Part shown: positions 52,641 through 63,890 of the stretch, piece after piece
Numbering within the stretch: position 1 is the stretch's first letter
How the letters are laid out: each line of letters opens with the position of its first letter
Assembly: GCA_013239625.1 (NCBI GenBank)
Contig: MU054391.1
Span: forward strand, 3,501,130-3,565,129
DNA: 64,000 nucleotides
Direction: 5' to 3'
From: Lama guanicoe
Lineage: Eukaryota
Translations under genes and position numbers: made by a program
Notes under the pieces: generated by a model
Told to the model about the DNA's origin: nothing
Seen by the model: the letters and a program-made list of their open reading frames with translations, nothing else
The model's database searches: none

Positions 52641-53379
52641 CCCAAGAATCTTCACCAGCACATACAAGCATATCTTCAATGGTGTCTAGATCACCACAGG
52701 CCTGCCAGAATGTCAACATTTCTACTTGGAACGTTCAACAAGGAAGAGAGATGTAAACTATTGTTACTCTCCTTGTCACAGATGGGCCATTGATGAGATT
52801 TCTTCCCATCAGAAAATAAGACAACGGCCACACAGAGGAATGTGTGCAAGCTGAGGCATGTGGGTAAGCTGCAAACTGCTCAACACTCATGCCTACATCA
52901 GGGTGAGACAGTGAGCAATCACATAAGCATTCCGCATACCTCTGTTTCCTTTTTGGGGAATAGAAAAGACAATCACTCTTCACCTTCAAGGGCACAGATA
53001 TTTTTTAAAAACACAACACTTAAAAATATGTATAACTACAGAAAGAACTTACCAACTTGCAGAGAACTTGCTTAAGAGCAATAACCCATGCAGCCACAAT
53101 GCTTTTGGCTGGCTGCGGGTGCTTCCAGCACCCTGGGCAGACTGGAGAAAATAAATCAGCTTAGACATGCAAGCATCCTCTGAGCAAAAGGCCTTTGTTC
53201 GGCGCTGGCAAGGCTGCTCCTGGGTCTTGGCCCCACTGGACACCAGCAGAGGTGACCTGCCATAGTCTTTCTCCACAGCTAATCGGCATGTGTATCAAGA
53301 GCCCTAGAAGTGCTCAATGGCTGGGCAACTTCTGCACTTTTTGCCTGAGTGATATCCATAATGCTGTTTTATTTGTGAG

Positions 53380-53860
53380 AGAAAACCTTTGCAAATACGT
53401 AATTATCTAAAAATAGAGAAATGGCTAAAAATACAGTGATACCTCCACAGTTATGTAATTTTAAAATGTGGTTTATAGAAACATGAAGTTTTTCACAATG
53501 TCATGTGGGAAAATAAGGCTATCAGATCGCATAAACATAACCTACATACACTTAAGCGCCCACAGAAAAAGGAAGCTTGAAAGGACTACACGGACGTTTT
53601 CCCCATTGTTCAAATGAAGAAAATAATAAAGTATTCTAGGGCAGTTGTAGGAAGTGTAAGTTAGCTCCATGGAGTACCTAACACAGTGCTCAGGAAATTA
53701 TCTATATTATTAGACATAATTAATGATAATTACATTAACCACCATAATTAACAGTTGCCAATGGCTGGTGGAATTATGGGTTTTTTTGTCTCATGTTTTT
53801 CCTGTTTTTTTTTCCTTGAATCTTACATAATAATCAAATATTGGTTTTAGAAACAGAAAT
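53380..53860 (+). mobile_element. L1ME 3' end remnants with an embedded MIR fragment (about 53600-53710)
   Basis: aaaaatagagaaatggctaaaaatacagtgatacctccaca...ggtggaattatgggtttttt; MIR-like agtacctaacacagtg. Confidence 0.55.
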
Positions 53861-54579
53861 GTCATTAATTTCACATGTAAAAATCATTCTGGAAGGAACG
53901 TATCAGTTCTCCCACAGTCCCCTCCATCCTTTAGCTGATCTAAGGAAGCTGACAAGGACCCATGCCTCTGGTTTGCATCCCGTCCTCCGGCACTCGTGGG
54001 GTTAACAGCCAGCCTCCCAGCTCCCCCACCCTGACAGGCTGCGATTACCTCACCGGCAAGTCCATCCCCCACCAACCCCTAGACACAGGGCCCTGAATTA
54101 AAGGGATGGGGGTGGGGCGTGTGCAGTGTGGCTTTTCCCTGCTTTTCAACATAAAAATGAGACGAGAAAGCAAAATCTCCTGCTGAAATAGTACGTGCTA
54201 AATGCTGAGCTTTTTTAAATTTTTTTCCCTGAAGTAGCTGGCCTTATTAGGTAGGATTCATCAGTGTGTTTTGCTGTCTCAAGTAGGATACTCTTTATTG
54301 TGTGCGAAAAAGCAGATAAAGCCACAGATGAGTTTGCTGGTCACTCCCGCTGACAGAAGAATTTAGGGTGTGATGCAAGAGACCCTTCTTTCCTGCTCAC
54401 TGGACCCAGTTAAAGGGTCTTCAATCCCTATGTCACAGTTGCTGGTTTACACTTAAGCTGGGTATAGTGTGCAGAGATGCTGGTAGAGGATTGGAGAACA
54501 GATGGTGGGCTGGCCTCTGCCTCCCTCCCTCCCCTCTCCGCCTGCCTTACTCCTTATCTCCATCTTTCTCACCTTCCCC

Positions 54580-55520
54580 TCGCCCTCATCCTCACAAGCG
54601 TCTGACCTGGTTAGTCTCCCCGAGCCCTGGCGCCCGGGCGCTCCCCGCTCTGGGCTGTGCCTATGAACCTCACTGGATGTGTTTGTATCTTCAGCCTTGC
54701 AAGAGGAACATAGAATCTAGGAGACCTACTCCACCTTCAAGCTTCTACATTAAAAAAAAAAAGCATTTAAATTTCTATTCAAAACAGAGCTTGTTATAAT
54801 TGGGAAAAGATTCTCCTCCCCAAGGCACTTTGAGTCAATTAACTGGGTTTTTTGAAGTGTTAATAGGGAAAAGAAATTTTTTTTGACCTTTATGAGTGTT
54901 TTTCACAGAGCTATTCAAGAAAATTGCTGGGCTATTAACCAAACCAATTCTAGGGCCACAGAGCCCCCAAGAGCTGAGTGAGTTTGGGAATGGCTGAAAC
55001 TCAAAGCATGCTGCATTCATGAGTCATATCAGGAGAAAGCCCCCACTTGATTAAGAGAGACTACTGTGCACTGGGGCACAAGCCTGCGCGTGTGAGTGTG
55101 AGAGGCGGAGGGGAGGGGAGGAGGGGGAGGAGGGACAGACAGAGACACAGACGAGAGCGGCGTCACCATGTCACTGTTTGGAAATGAGAGGCACGCAGAC
55201 AATGACTTTGTAAACCTGGGCAACACCTAAGCGACCCCCTCTTGGAAGCATCAAAACGGGAAAAATGGAAGCAAAACGTAGCAAGAACGCATTCAGAGAA
55301 ACTGACTCCCTCCACTGAATTTTTTTCTTTTAAGTAAGAAAGTCCAGGGGAGAGAGCTCAGGAAGCGAGGTCTGGGCAGTGCCACCCGGGCTCCGGGCCG
55401 CTGACCCCCGGAGCCCCCACATGTTGAAGCGGGCGGAGCTGGGGGATCCATGTGGGCGGTCACTCGCCGCTTCAGCTGAGCCTCAGCTAAGACAGAGCTA
55501 ACGACGTAGTTCCACGTTCT
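54580..55520. promoter_or_regulatory. Repeat-free CpG/GC-box-rich region; possible promoter or enhancer
   Basis: CpG clusters at 54620-54650 and 55365-55510; G-run tract at 55104-55134; AP-1-like TGAGTCA at about 54831 and 55020. Confidence 0.35.
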
Positions 55521-55583
55521 CTCTGTGCTGTAACTCCTTAGGTGCCCATGAATACTTGACACCATTTCCCTTTCCTTGATAAA

Positions 55584-55585
<2 letters not shown>

Positions 55586-55617
<32 letters not shown>
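55586..55617. repeat. (CA)16 microsatellite
   Basis: Perfect dinucleotide run. Confidence 0.97.
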
Positions 55618-55618
<1 letters not shown>

Positions 55619-56241
55619 CCCAACAAACAATTACAGAGGGAGGCAACAACACGTCTCACCATTCTTTTCTATTTTTTCCTGCAACCCAGGCTTCTGCTCT
55701 TGGTACTTGGAAAGCAAATAGCCAGAGCCGAATAAAGCCAGCAGAGGTGCCAAAGCTGCACAGGTTCACGGGCACGCTTCCTGGAACAGATGGCTACATA
55801 AATAAAGCACTTGATTCAACTACAAGGTAACCTTCCGTTCACCCCCCGTAGACTGGAAACGGGGTGACCGGATGAACTAAATATTCTGGGAAGCAGAGAG
55901 GCTCCATTCATCCACAGTGGATTTCCATCTGTAAAAATCCACATCGTGGGTGAGTGCGCTGTGAGCGGGCTTAACGGGATGCAGCCTCATTCTTCACAGT
56001 GGGGCTCAGAACAGGCCCCGGACTCGTCAGTCCAGCGACAGGCAGGCCAGCCAGACCTCACTATGGACGATTCCACGTGGTGAAGGTTGGAGTGTCGTCG
56101 TCCTGGTGCAGGAAGACCGGCAGAGCTCTAGCTGCTTGTGCTCTCGGGAAAGGTCTGGGAGGGAAGAAACACTGACATGCATTTCTGGGAAGGGAGAAGA
56201 TTGATAAGAGGGAGCCACAGAAGAGGTGACGACTTAATTCT

Positions 56242-57490
56242 AACAGCTACAAAAACCTGCAGCTAACATCATACTCAATGGTGAGAAACGCCAAGCCGTC
56301 CCATTAAGGTCAGGAACCAGGAAAGATAGATGGATCGAGAGAATAAATATTCTAAAGATGTCGCCTCTTCTCAAATGGATCTATAGATTTAATGCAGTCC
56401 CATTAAAAATAGTAGCTACTGATTTTATGGCTCTCAACAAAATGATTTTAAAGTCTTTATATGGAGATTCAGAAGACTCAGAATAGCCCACACAATATTG
56501 AAGGAGAAGGACGGTCGGAGGACTGACGCTACCCAGCTTCAAGACTTCCTCTAAAGCTGCGATAATCACAACGGTGTGGCCAGAGGAAGGAGCGGGCAAA
56601 CTGACCCATAGGGCCCAGAAGTCGGCCCACGTACACGCGGGCAGCTGATCCTTGACAAAGGAGCAAAGGTGATTCAATGGAGCGAAGTTGGCCTTTTCAA
56701 CAAATGCTATTAGGATAACTGGACATCCGCATGTAAAAAAATGAACCGAGACACAGACCTTACACTCACCGCAGAAGGTAACTCCGAATGAACCTGCGTA
56801 TATACCACAAACTGTGAAATTCCTAGGGGACGACACGGGCAGAGCGATGGCTTCTTTGCCCCCACACCAAAGTCACAGTCCATGGAAGGAATCATTGACA
56901 AGCGGGACTTGACTAAAATGTAAAAATTCTGCACTGCCAAAGACAACGTCAGGAGAATGAGAAGACAAGCCACAGACTGGGGTACAGTATTTGAAAAAAG
57001 ACACATGAAAAAGTCTCGTCCGAAATATCCAAAGCCTTCTTTAAGACGAAATGAACATCTCAGTTAGAAAACGGGCAGAAGACGCGAACAGACACCTCCC
57101 CAAAGAAGCTGCACAGACGGCAAAGAAGCACGTGGAGAGCAGCTCCGCGTCTGACAACATCAGGGGAATTCAAATGGAAGCGACGAGATGCCACCGCGCT
57201 CCTCTTAGAGTGGCCGAAGCCTGAGTCGCTGACACCTCCAAAGCTGGCGAGGACCTGGGGCAGCAGGAGCTCCCGTTCACTTCTGGCGGGAATGCAAAAT
57301 GGTGCAGCCATTTCTGAAGATAATTTGGCAGTTTTTGTTTTTTTTTTTTTAACAAAACTAGATAATCTCTTACCGCATAATTCATCAGCAGTGCCTCCTT
57401 GGTATTTACGCAAATGAGTTGAAAACTTACGTTCACATAAAAACCTACACATGAATTTTTATAGCAGCTTTATGCAAAATTACTGTTCAC
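56242..57490 (+). mobile_element. L1MC-like ORF2 3' part with internal deletions, unusually CpG-rich
   Basis: tacaaaaacctgcagctaacatcatactcaatggtgagaaa (YKNPAANIILNGEK-like); tggatcgagagaataaatattctaaagatg (WIERINILKM); the 3' part aligns by eye with 36191-36380. Confidence 0.9.
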
Positions 57491-58834
57491 AATCTTGAAA
57501 GGACATTAACCCTCCGACCCACAATCCCATTGGCTCATGTGGACTGTGTAGTTAACTCTAACCATCCCTTCTGGTCATTTTTAAAGGAACATCTGCTTGA
57601 GCCATTCACTCCACCTTGCACTTATACAGCTGCGTTTCTGAATCCAAGTTTATATATTTACATTTTCTTTTCCCATAGAGTCACTTTCAGTGTGTCTTCC
57701 AAGTCTGCCTGGATCTGTCCGGATGCCCTCATGAGCTCCCGCATATTTAAGCTTCCTCTCCCAGAGGCATCGCGCCCGCATCTGACCAGCACGCCTTCTG
57801 TGTCAGCCTCTGCTTAATGTCCTGCTGCACGACAGCCAGAGGGCCGGGCCCTCGGCGTGAGGGGGGCGCATGTGGTCCTCCTTTGCTGGATACAGGAGAG
57901 CGTTGGACCGGCTGGTACGTGCAGAAGAAAGTCCCACGAACTGAGCTGTGTCTGAAGAATAAACGAAGGCTCTGTTGACATTTAGCCCAAAGAAGAAAGG
58001 ACATAAGGGATGGGACTGAGGAGTCATTTTCAGATATTTGAAGGGAATTTGAGAGTTTCCAGATGCAGGTGGCCGATGGAGGAGAGAACCAGGAGCCAGT
58101 GACAGTTGCAAGTTGATGAGGACCCCAAGCTGGGTGTGTGAGCCGAGCGGCCGGGGTCCTGAGCGCGCCGAGAAGGGCAGCCTGACCATCTACAACGTCC
58201 TTTTCATTTCTCATCTTCAGAATAGGGGCGCCCGGCTCTCGGGAGGCTGCCTGCCACTACAGAGCTCACGGTGCAATCGAGAAGGTAATTAAGTTCTGAA
58301 AGTTTTTAAAAGCAAAGGACAATGATCAAAACAGTGCCGACTGAAAGGAGCTGACCACATGCACGTCTCTCAACCCAGAGAGACAATCCCACCTCAGTAC
58401 TTCACGTCGGTGAAGCTCTGCCCCTGATCTGGTCAAGTCACTCTCCTGATGACGCAGGACTCCACGGGTGACGAGGTTCTGCATTCCTCACACAGACAGA
58501 TTTTCATACTGACTAGACAGGGATTATGAACTTCATGTCAACTCCTTACCTTTGGATTGGCTTCTGCATTTCTGCAGAGCACGCTCTAAGATTCATGAGA
58601 CTGGAGACGCTCTCTGCACGGTGTCATGCAGGCGGCGACAGACGCCCTTAATTTGTAAGCATTAGCAGAATGAAATGCAGTTGCAGAAAGTGTAATTGGC
58701 TCATCTTTGTATTTTATGTCGGCATCTCTAAGTACTGCTAAGATGCATCGTGTGCTCAGCGCCACCTGAGAGCAATACAGGAGCTGCGGTCGGCGTGACA
58801 AACAATAGCAGAGTCAAATTTTTACTGTTGCATT

Positions 58835-58838
<4 letters not shown>

Positions 58839-58868
<30 letters not shown>
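58839..58868. repeat. (GT)15 microsatellite
   Basis: Perfect dinucleotide run. Confidence 0.97.
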
Positions 58869-58872
<4 letters not shown>

Positions 58873-59714
58873 AAAGGAGAGAGACAGAAAGAGACAGAGC
58901 ACACACACACCTGCCTTACCAGGGCACTAGCCAGGAAGCAGGAGAAAGCTTTAAGGGCTGCCGAGAAGCATAATGGTTTTCAAAACTTTCTGACATTAAA
59001 ATGTTCTCTCATCACCTCCCATTAGTAAAACCAGAAGAAGCTTGGCTTTGATGTAAAGCGCAAAATTCATTTGCCTTCCTCTCCCTGTCCCTATTCCCAC
59101 TCCTTTGAAATGTCCTCGTGCCTAAAATGTTCCAGACCTTTGAGCTCTCAGGGAAAATAAATCAGTTTTTTTTTTTGTCGTTTTTTTTTTTCGGTTGTAA
59201 GAAAAAAAAAGTCCTGATTTCCTGGCTGACAATGATTGGAAAACAGCTAGGTTTTCTATAATTAAGTTATGTAATTAAAACTGAAGGAAAGGGAAACCCA
59301 TCTCATCCGTCTGTCCACCTCACATTCTGCATACGGAAACAGACCCATCTTCCCTGGTCCGGGCCAAAATGCACCTAGAATTCTAATTCACTTCTGACCA
59401 CCAGATGGTAAGAGGAATGCAAACAGATCAACACAGGAAAGGCAGCTTATAGATCTGGAGGCATTTAGCATGGACGGAAAATGGCTGAGGCAAGAAACGA
59501 GAGGGGTCTTCATGGGTCTAAAGGGCTGTCCCATAGAAAAGAGAGCAAGCTCGTTCTCTGGGCTGAAAGAACAGAGGGACGGCCAATGGCAACACATCCA
59601 GGAAAGCACATCTTAGCCTAAGAAATCATGCTCCAGCTCGAAGTTTCTAAGTCTTTCCAATAAATAAGACTGGTTCTTTGTTGCTAGTTAGGGTCTATAC
59701 TGTTTGAAAAAGGA

Positions 59715-59942
59715 AGTCAGTAAACAAATATGTTTGGGAAGGTTGCAAAGCATACCCCCACATTGTAGTGATCACAATGCATTTTAAAAACTTCAGAAAG
59801 ACGTTTAAAAAAAAAAGCATGCAGTAAATCGAACATTAGACTTAAACCCAGTGTTTGTCAACAAACTCTGCAATCTTGCTCACACTGTTGTATCAATATT
59901 TCCTTGAGCTAGTGTTGCAATGAATACACCTTTAGAAATTTT
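59715..59942. mobile_element. hAT-Charlie-type MER remnant (MER112/MER117-like)
   Basis: atgtttgggaaggttgc, cccagtgtttgtcaac and ctagtgttgcaatgaatacacctttagaaa resemble hAT MER termini. Confidence 0.45.
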
Positions 59943-60149
59943 GAGTTACAGAAGTTCAAATGCTTTCTCTGTCTTCGTGTTCAAAATTCAGAAAGCTCTC
60001 TCTACCCTTTAAACTTTATTTCCGACAATGTCCTATTTTTCCCAACTTCAACAGCTTTGCTGCTAACGCCCCTTCTACCTGGAATCGGAACAGCAGATGG
60101 CCTGGTAGCGTGTCCTGGAAGCTGAGCGTGTCTGTTCTCCCCACGCAGA

Positions 60150-60428
60150 GATGCTAAGAGCAGCGTACTTGCCAAGGACCTGGGTGTGTCCTGCGGACCT
60201 TGAAGAAGTCAGCGCCGTGTTGCTAACGGCCTATGAAGTGGGCCCCGTGGCAGGGAGCTGTGAGCTGCCCCTAGGACCTCAGCCCCTCACCCTAGACTTG
60301 CAGACTCTGAAGTAGAGACCCCGGGTAGCCACACCCAGGCTCCCGACCAGCAGAATCTCTGGGATTCTGCGCTTGTTTTAACAGCTCTTTGTTGTCCTTT
60401 GTCACACAGCAGTAGAAAGCAAATACAT
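60150..60428 (+). mobile_element. MLT1 LTR fragment
   Basis: gggccccgtggcagggagctgtgagctgcccctagga...ttgtcacacagcagtagaaagcaaataca (MLT1 3' terminus). Confidence 0.75.
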
Positions 60429-60554
60429 TTGGCCTGAAGACCATGAGAAAAACTAAAGGATGGACTTTCTGGAATTGTGTCAACAGAGATATATTCTTTA
60501 CGTCTTCTGTCACCAGTGTCCTTCACGCCTCTTAAACTAATGATTCCTGAAGCT

Positions 60555-60670
60555 TCATTCCATAAATGTTTATTGAGCACACACTATGGTTCAGGTCTGG
60601 TCTTAGGTGTTTGGGTTTTAATGGATAAAAGAGACCATGGATTGTGACCTTGCAGAGCTCACATCGGGTG
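60555..60670 (-). mobile_element. L2 3' end
   Basis: ttcattccataaatgtttattgagcacacactatggttcagg...cttgcagagctcaca. Confidence 0.75.
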
Positions 60671-60739
60671 GGACACGCAAGGACCTTGGGGTGTCACCAC
60701 AGAGTTCTGCCTACCACCCCAACTTGGGTTCATTCAGCT

Positions 60740-60900
60740 GTAAAACATGCTGGAGCCAAGATTCTCCCAAGATGTGTGACTCGGGGCAAGCGACTTAGCT
60801 TCTCTGAGCTTTCTCATTTCCAAAACGCTGATCATTCTATCTGTCTTTCCGGATCTTTGAGAAGATTCAACCAGAAACAAAACCAAGGTGTCTGTAGCAA
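60740..60900 (+). mobile_element. MIR SINE
   Basis: gatgtgtgactcggggcaagcgacttagcttctctgagct. Confidence 0.72.
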
Positions 60901-61689
60901 GGTTAGCCCTCAATGTGGTTTCTGTTCCTCTTACCTGATGCGTTTGCCACCACCTCCCGTGTAAGTTAGCAGTAGCCACAGCCGTCCCTTCCGTGGTCGG
61001 TAACGGATTCTCAGCTGCCTCAGGAGGGCTTCCTTAGCAGCAGCTCCGCAGGTAGGATTTGTATGAAAGTGATATGTTGGGAAATAACGCTCAGGAAAAC
61101 CATAAACGTTATAAAGAAGGGGAGAAAAGAAGAGAAGGAAACCAAGCCAGCAGAAGACATCAAGAAAAATACTGTGGAGGGGAAGCTTAGCTCCACTACA
61201 CAAGAAAATGCTGGAAAGAGTGCAGGTTATAAGTCAAAACGGACCTGACTGGAGGAGACTCCAGGAACTGGTCTGCTCCGCATGTGCTGGTCTTTGCGTG
61301 CAGGCGGCCCCCGCGGGGGGTGAGTTCCAGACACTTCATGGCGGGTCTCCGCGCGCACCAACCGTCCGCTCTCGGTAGCCAGAAGACAGGTGTAGCCAAG
61401 AGGAGGAGGGGCTGGCTGTTGGGAGTGAAGCACAGAGCGAGCCAGCGCGCATGAGCCCGTGAAGAGGCTGAAGGAAGCAGAGCCCGGATGAGTCCACCAC
61501 AGTGGCTGAGGGAGTCCTGCCCCTGAGCCTGGGGACTGAAAAGTACCCTCCATAGAAAAGGATGCGATTTCTTTCTAAGTAAGTCTAGAGACACTCACGT
61601 AAAAGCAGAACAGTGCAGGTGAAGCCTGAAGAAGACCGCACCTTTTGAGACATTCTGATGTCATCAAAGCTCTTTCTCAAATATTAACA

Positions 61690-61850
61690 GTCCTCGCAAT
61701 GGCCCTTGTGGTAGGTGTTTCCTGCACCCCTATTTTACAGGCTGGAAAACTGAGGCTAAGGTAAGCTAAGAAGCTTTCCTGAGATCACAGCACATTCTAG
61801 AAGCCAAACTGGGACTCAAGATTGGTCTTCCAAGTCCATTGACTTTTCTA
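61690..61850 (-). mobile_element. MIR SINE
   Basis: ccctattttacaggctggaaaactgaggctaag...cctgagatcacagc. Confidence 0.8.
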
Positions 61851-62549
61851 CGAACTATTATACTAATTATGGAGCAGACGCCAGATACAATTTTGATCAT
61901 TAGGAACCATTACAAGCATGGGGAGAATCCTTGACACAGAGTATAGAAGGGAACCATAAAAACTCCTGGAGATTCACTAGGGACTCTGCAAGCGGAATGT
62001 TCTCTCATCGCTACACTCTCCTAACCATGCAATTTTCAGGAACTCACTGGAATGTATCTCACCCAGACTAGCTGACAGGTTGGAGGAAGGTTGTAATCCT
62101 GCCACCCTTCTAGGAGTCACAGCCATATTTGTTGTAAATCACCATCCAGAATATTAAGAAACACGTATTGTACAAAGCTAAAGTGCTTAGGATGGATGAG
62201 AAGGTACAGTGTGTCTTCAAATATAGCATCTCAACGAGCTATTCTGATAACATTTTGATGAGCCTCCAGTATTTTCACTAAAGGATTACTGTGAGACCTG
62301 TGCTAGACCAATGCACTCTCATTTATAAATGTTTTCATAAGGCTATCAGATTTGTATTAATAAGTTCATGCAAGAGTCCTTCAGAGCAGTTACAGTCATA
62401 GGAAGAACGACATGACGTCCAGAGGTTTCTACGAGGAGGAGCAACAGAAACCAGGCAGAAAACGATTCTTATGTTCGTTTATTTTTAAAAAGCAGGATGC
62501 TAAGTATGTTCAAGGCGAAGTCCTTATGATTCTAAGAAAGGCTTTACAT

Positions 62550-62800
62550 CTACAGTCTTTCAACAAGTGTGTGCTGAGCATCTATCATGGACCAGAAACC
62601 GGGCAAGATGAAGAAGACACCAAAAGAATAAGGTGTCCGTGTCCTCAGTGAGCTCATGATGGAGTTTGGAGACACATGGGTTATTTTAGAGCTGGATGGT
62701 TCCCTCTCACAGAGATCTCCATGAGGTGTGGTGGGAAAACCAAGAGGGGTGCCTACCCCAGCCTTTAATTTAGGGAAATCTCAGAATAAGAGAAACCAGA
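62550..62800 (-). mobile_element. L2 3' end
   Basis: ttcaacaagtgtgtgctgagcatctatcatggaccagaaac...gtccgtgtcctcagtgagctca. Confidence 0.7.
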
Positions 62801-62869
62801 GCTGACAATGGAAGTGAAAGTAAGAATTCAAGTGAAAGAGAGGAGCAGTGAGGTCAGTAACATGGACAG

Positions 62870-62990
62870 TGTGAATTTCCTCATTTCACAGACGAGGAAG
62901 TGAGACTCGGGACCCCTCCGATGACTGAGCAACGTTTCCAAGTGTCTACGGAGCTGAGTCTGCGGGTCAGAGAGGGCTGCTGCAACTTCC
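62870..62990 (-). mobile_element. MIR SINE
   Basis: cctcatttcacagacgaggaagtgagactc...gagcaacgtttccaagt. Confidence 0.7.
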
Positions 62991-63744
62991 AGGTGGTGCA
63001 GAAACCAGACGTGACGCTGGTCTCCAGGTAACACAGAGAGGAAACCAATCGCCATCCTCAAGCAGAGAGTCTAAGCAAGCAGAGGCTCCAACGGGTGGGG
63101 CAGAAGTATTACAGAACTACAAGAAGAAAACCTAAAGGCTCTTAGCTTTAGAAGATTTGGGAAGGACAGGAGCTCTCCTCAAATCACTGCTGACACGTTT
63201 AAGAGGTGAGACTAGTTTTACCTGCTCCTAAAGGGACACAACCATGCTGTCTGGGGACATGGTTTGTTCTCAAGAGAAGGGACACTCTGGGCGCCCAGCA
63301 GCAGACGCCGTGTAGGCAGGTGGCTTCGTGAAGAAGTGCTCGCAGGAGAAACTCGCAAGGCAGAAGGGAAGCAGGAAGGGGAAAGGAAGGAAGCCACGCG
63401 AGGGTGCAGCCTCGGGGGAGGGGTCCCTCGGGGACGTGGAAGCATCTTGCCTCGAGGTGGGCTTGCCGGCTTCCGCACCTGTTGATCTCTGGCTAAGGGT
63501 GTCTGCGAGGCCCTGAGCAGCCAGGTACTCGGGGTCTCCAAGAAGGCAGAGCAGGATGGGAACCTCAAAAGAGTTGCAGCTTTTAGGGCAAATGCACGGT
63601 ATGCAGGGGAGAGGAGCACCGAGCTGCAAGGAGGGATGGTCCCAGGGTGTTTGGGCTGAGCGCCGACAGTGGTCCCCAGATGCGAGGGGCTGCTTAGGAA
63701 AGCATCATGCTCCTCATCACAAAATGGGACCCTCACATGCAGAA

Positions 63745-63890
63745 GCTACTATCAGCATCGCCATGTACACCTGGGGAAGCTAAGGACAGAGAGCTTGAGT
63801 AACTTACCCAAGGACACACAGCTACTTATGCCAGAGCAGAGACCCAGCCAGACAGCATGACTCCAGAGCTGACCTCGTCAACCACCAAGC
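63745..63890 (-). mobile_element. MIR SINE
   Basis: ggggaagctaaggacagagagcttgagtaacttacccaaggacacacagct...gactccagagc. Confidence 0.8.

Noticed and set aside
56381..57452. Several minus-strand ORFs of 88-151 aa
   Set aside because: Antisense to decayed L1 ORF2; GC gain removes stop codons by chance.
55586..58868. (CA)16 and (GT)15 as inverted termini flanking the L1
   Set aside because: These are common microsatellites with no shared flanking sequence or TSD; coincidence is the simplest explanation.
63218..63736. 172-aa Pro/Ser/Arg-rich ORF
   Set aside because: A chance ORF in a GC-rich patch, with overlapping ORFs in several frames and no recognisable domain.
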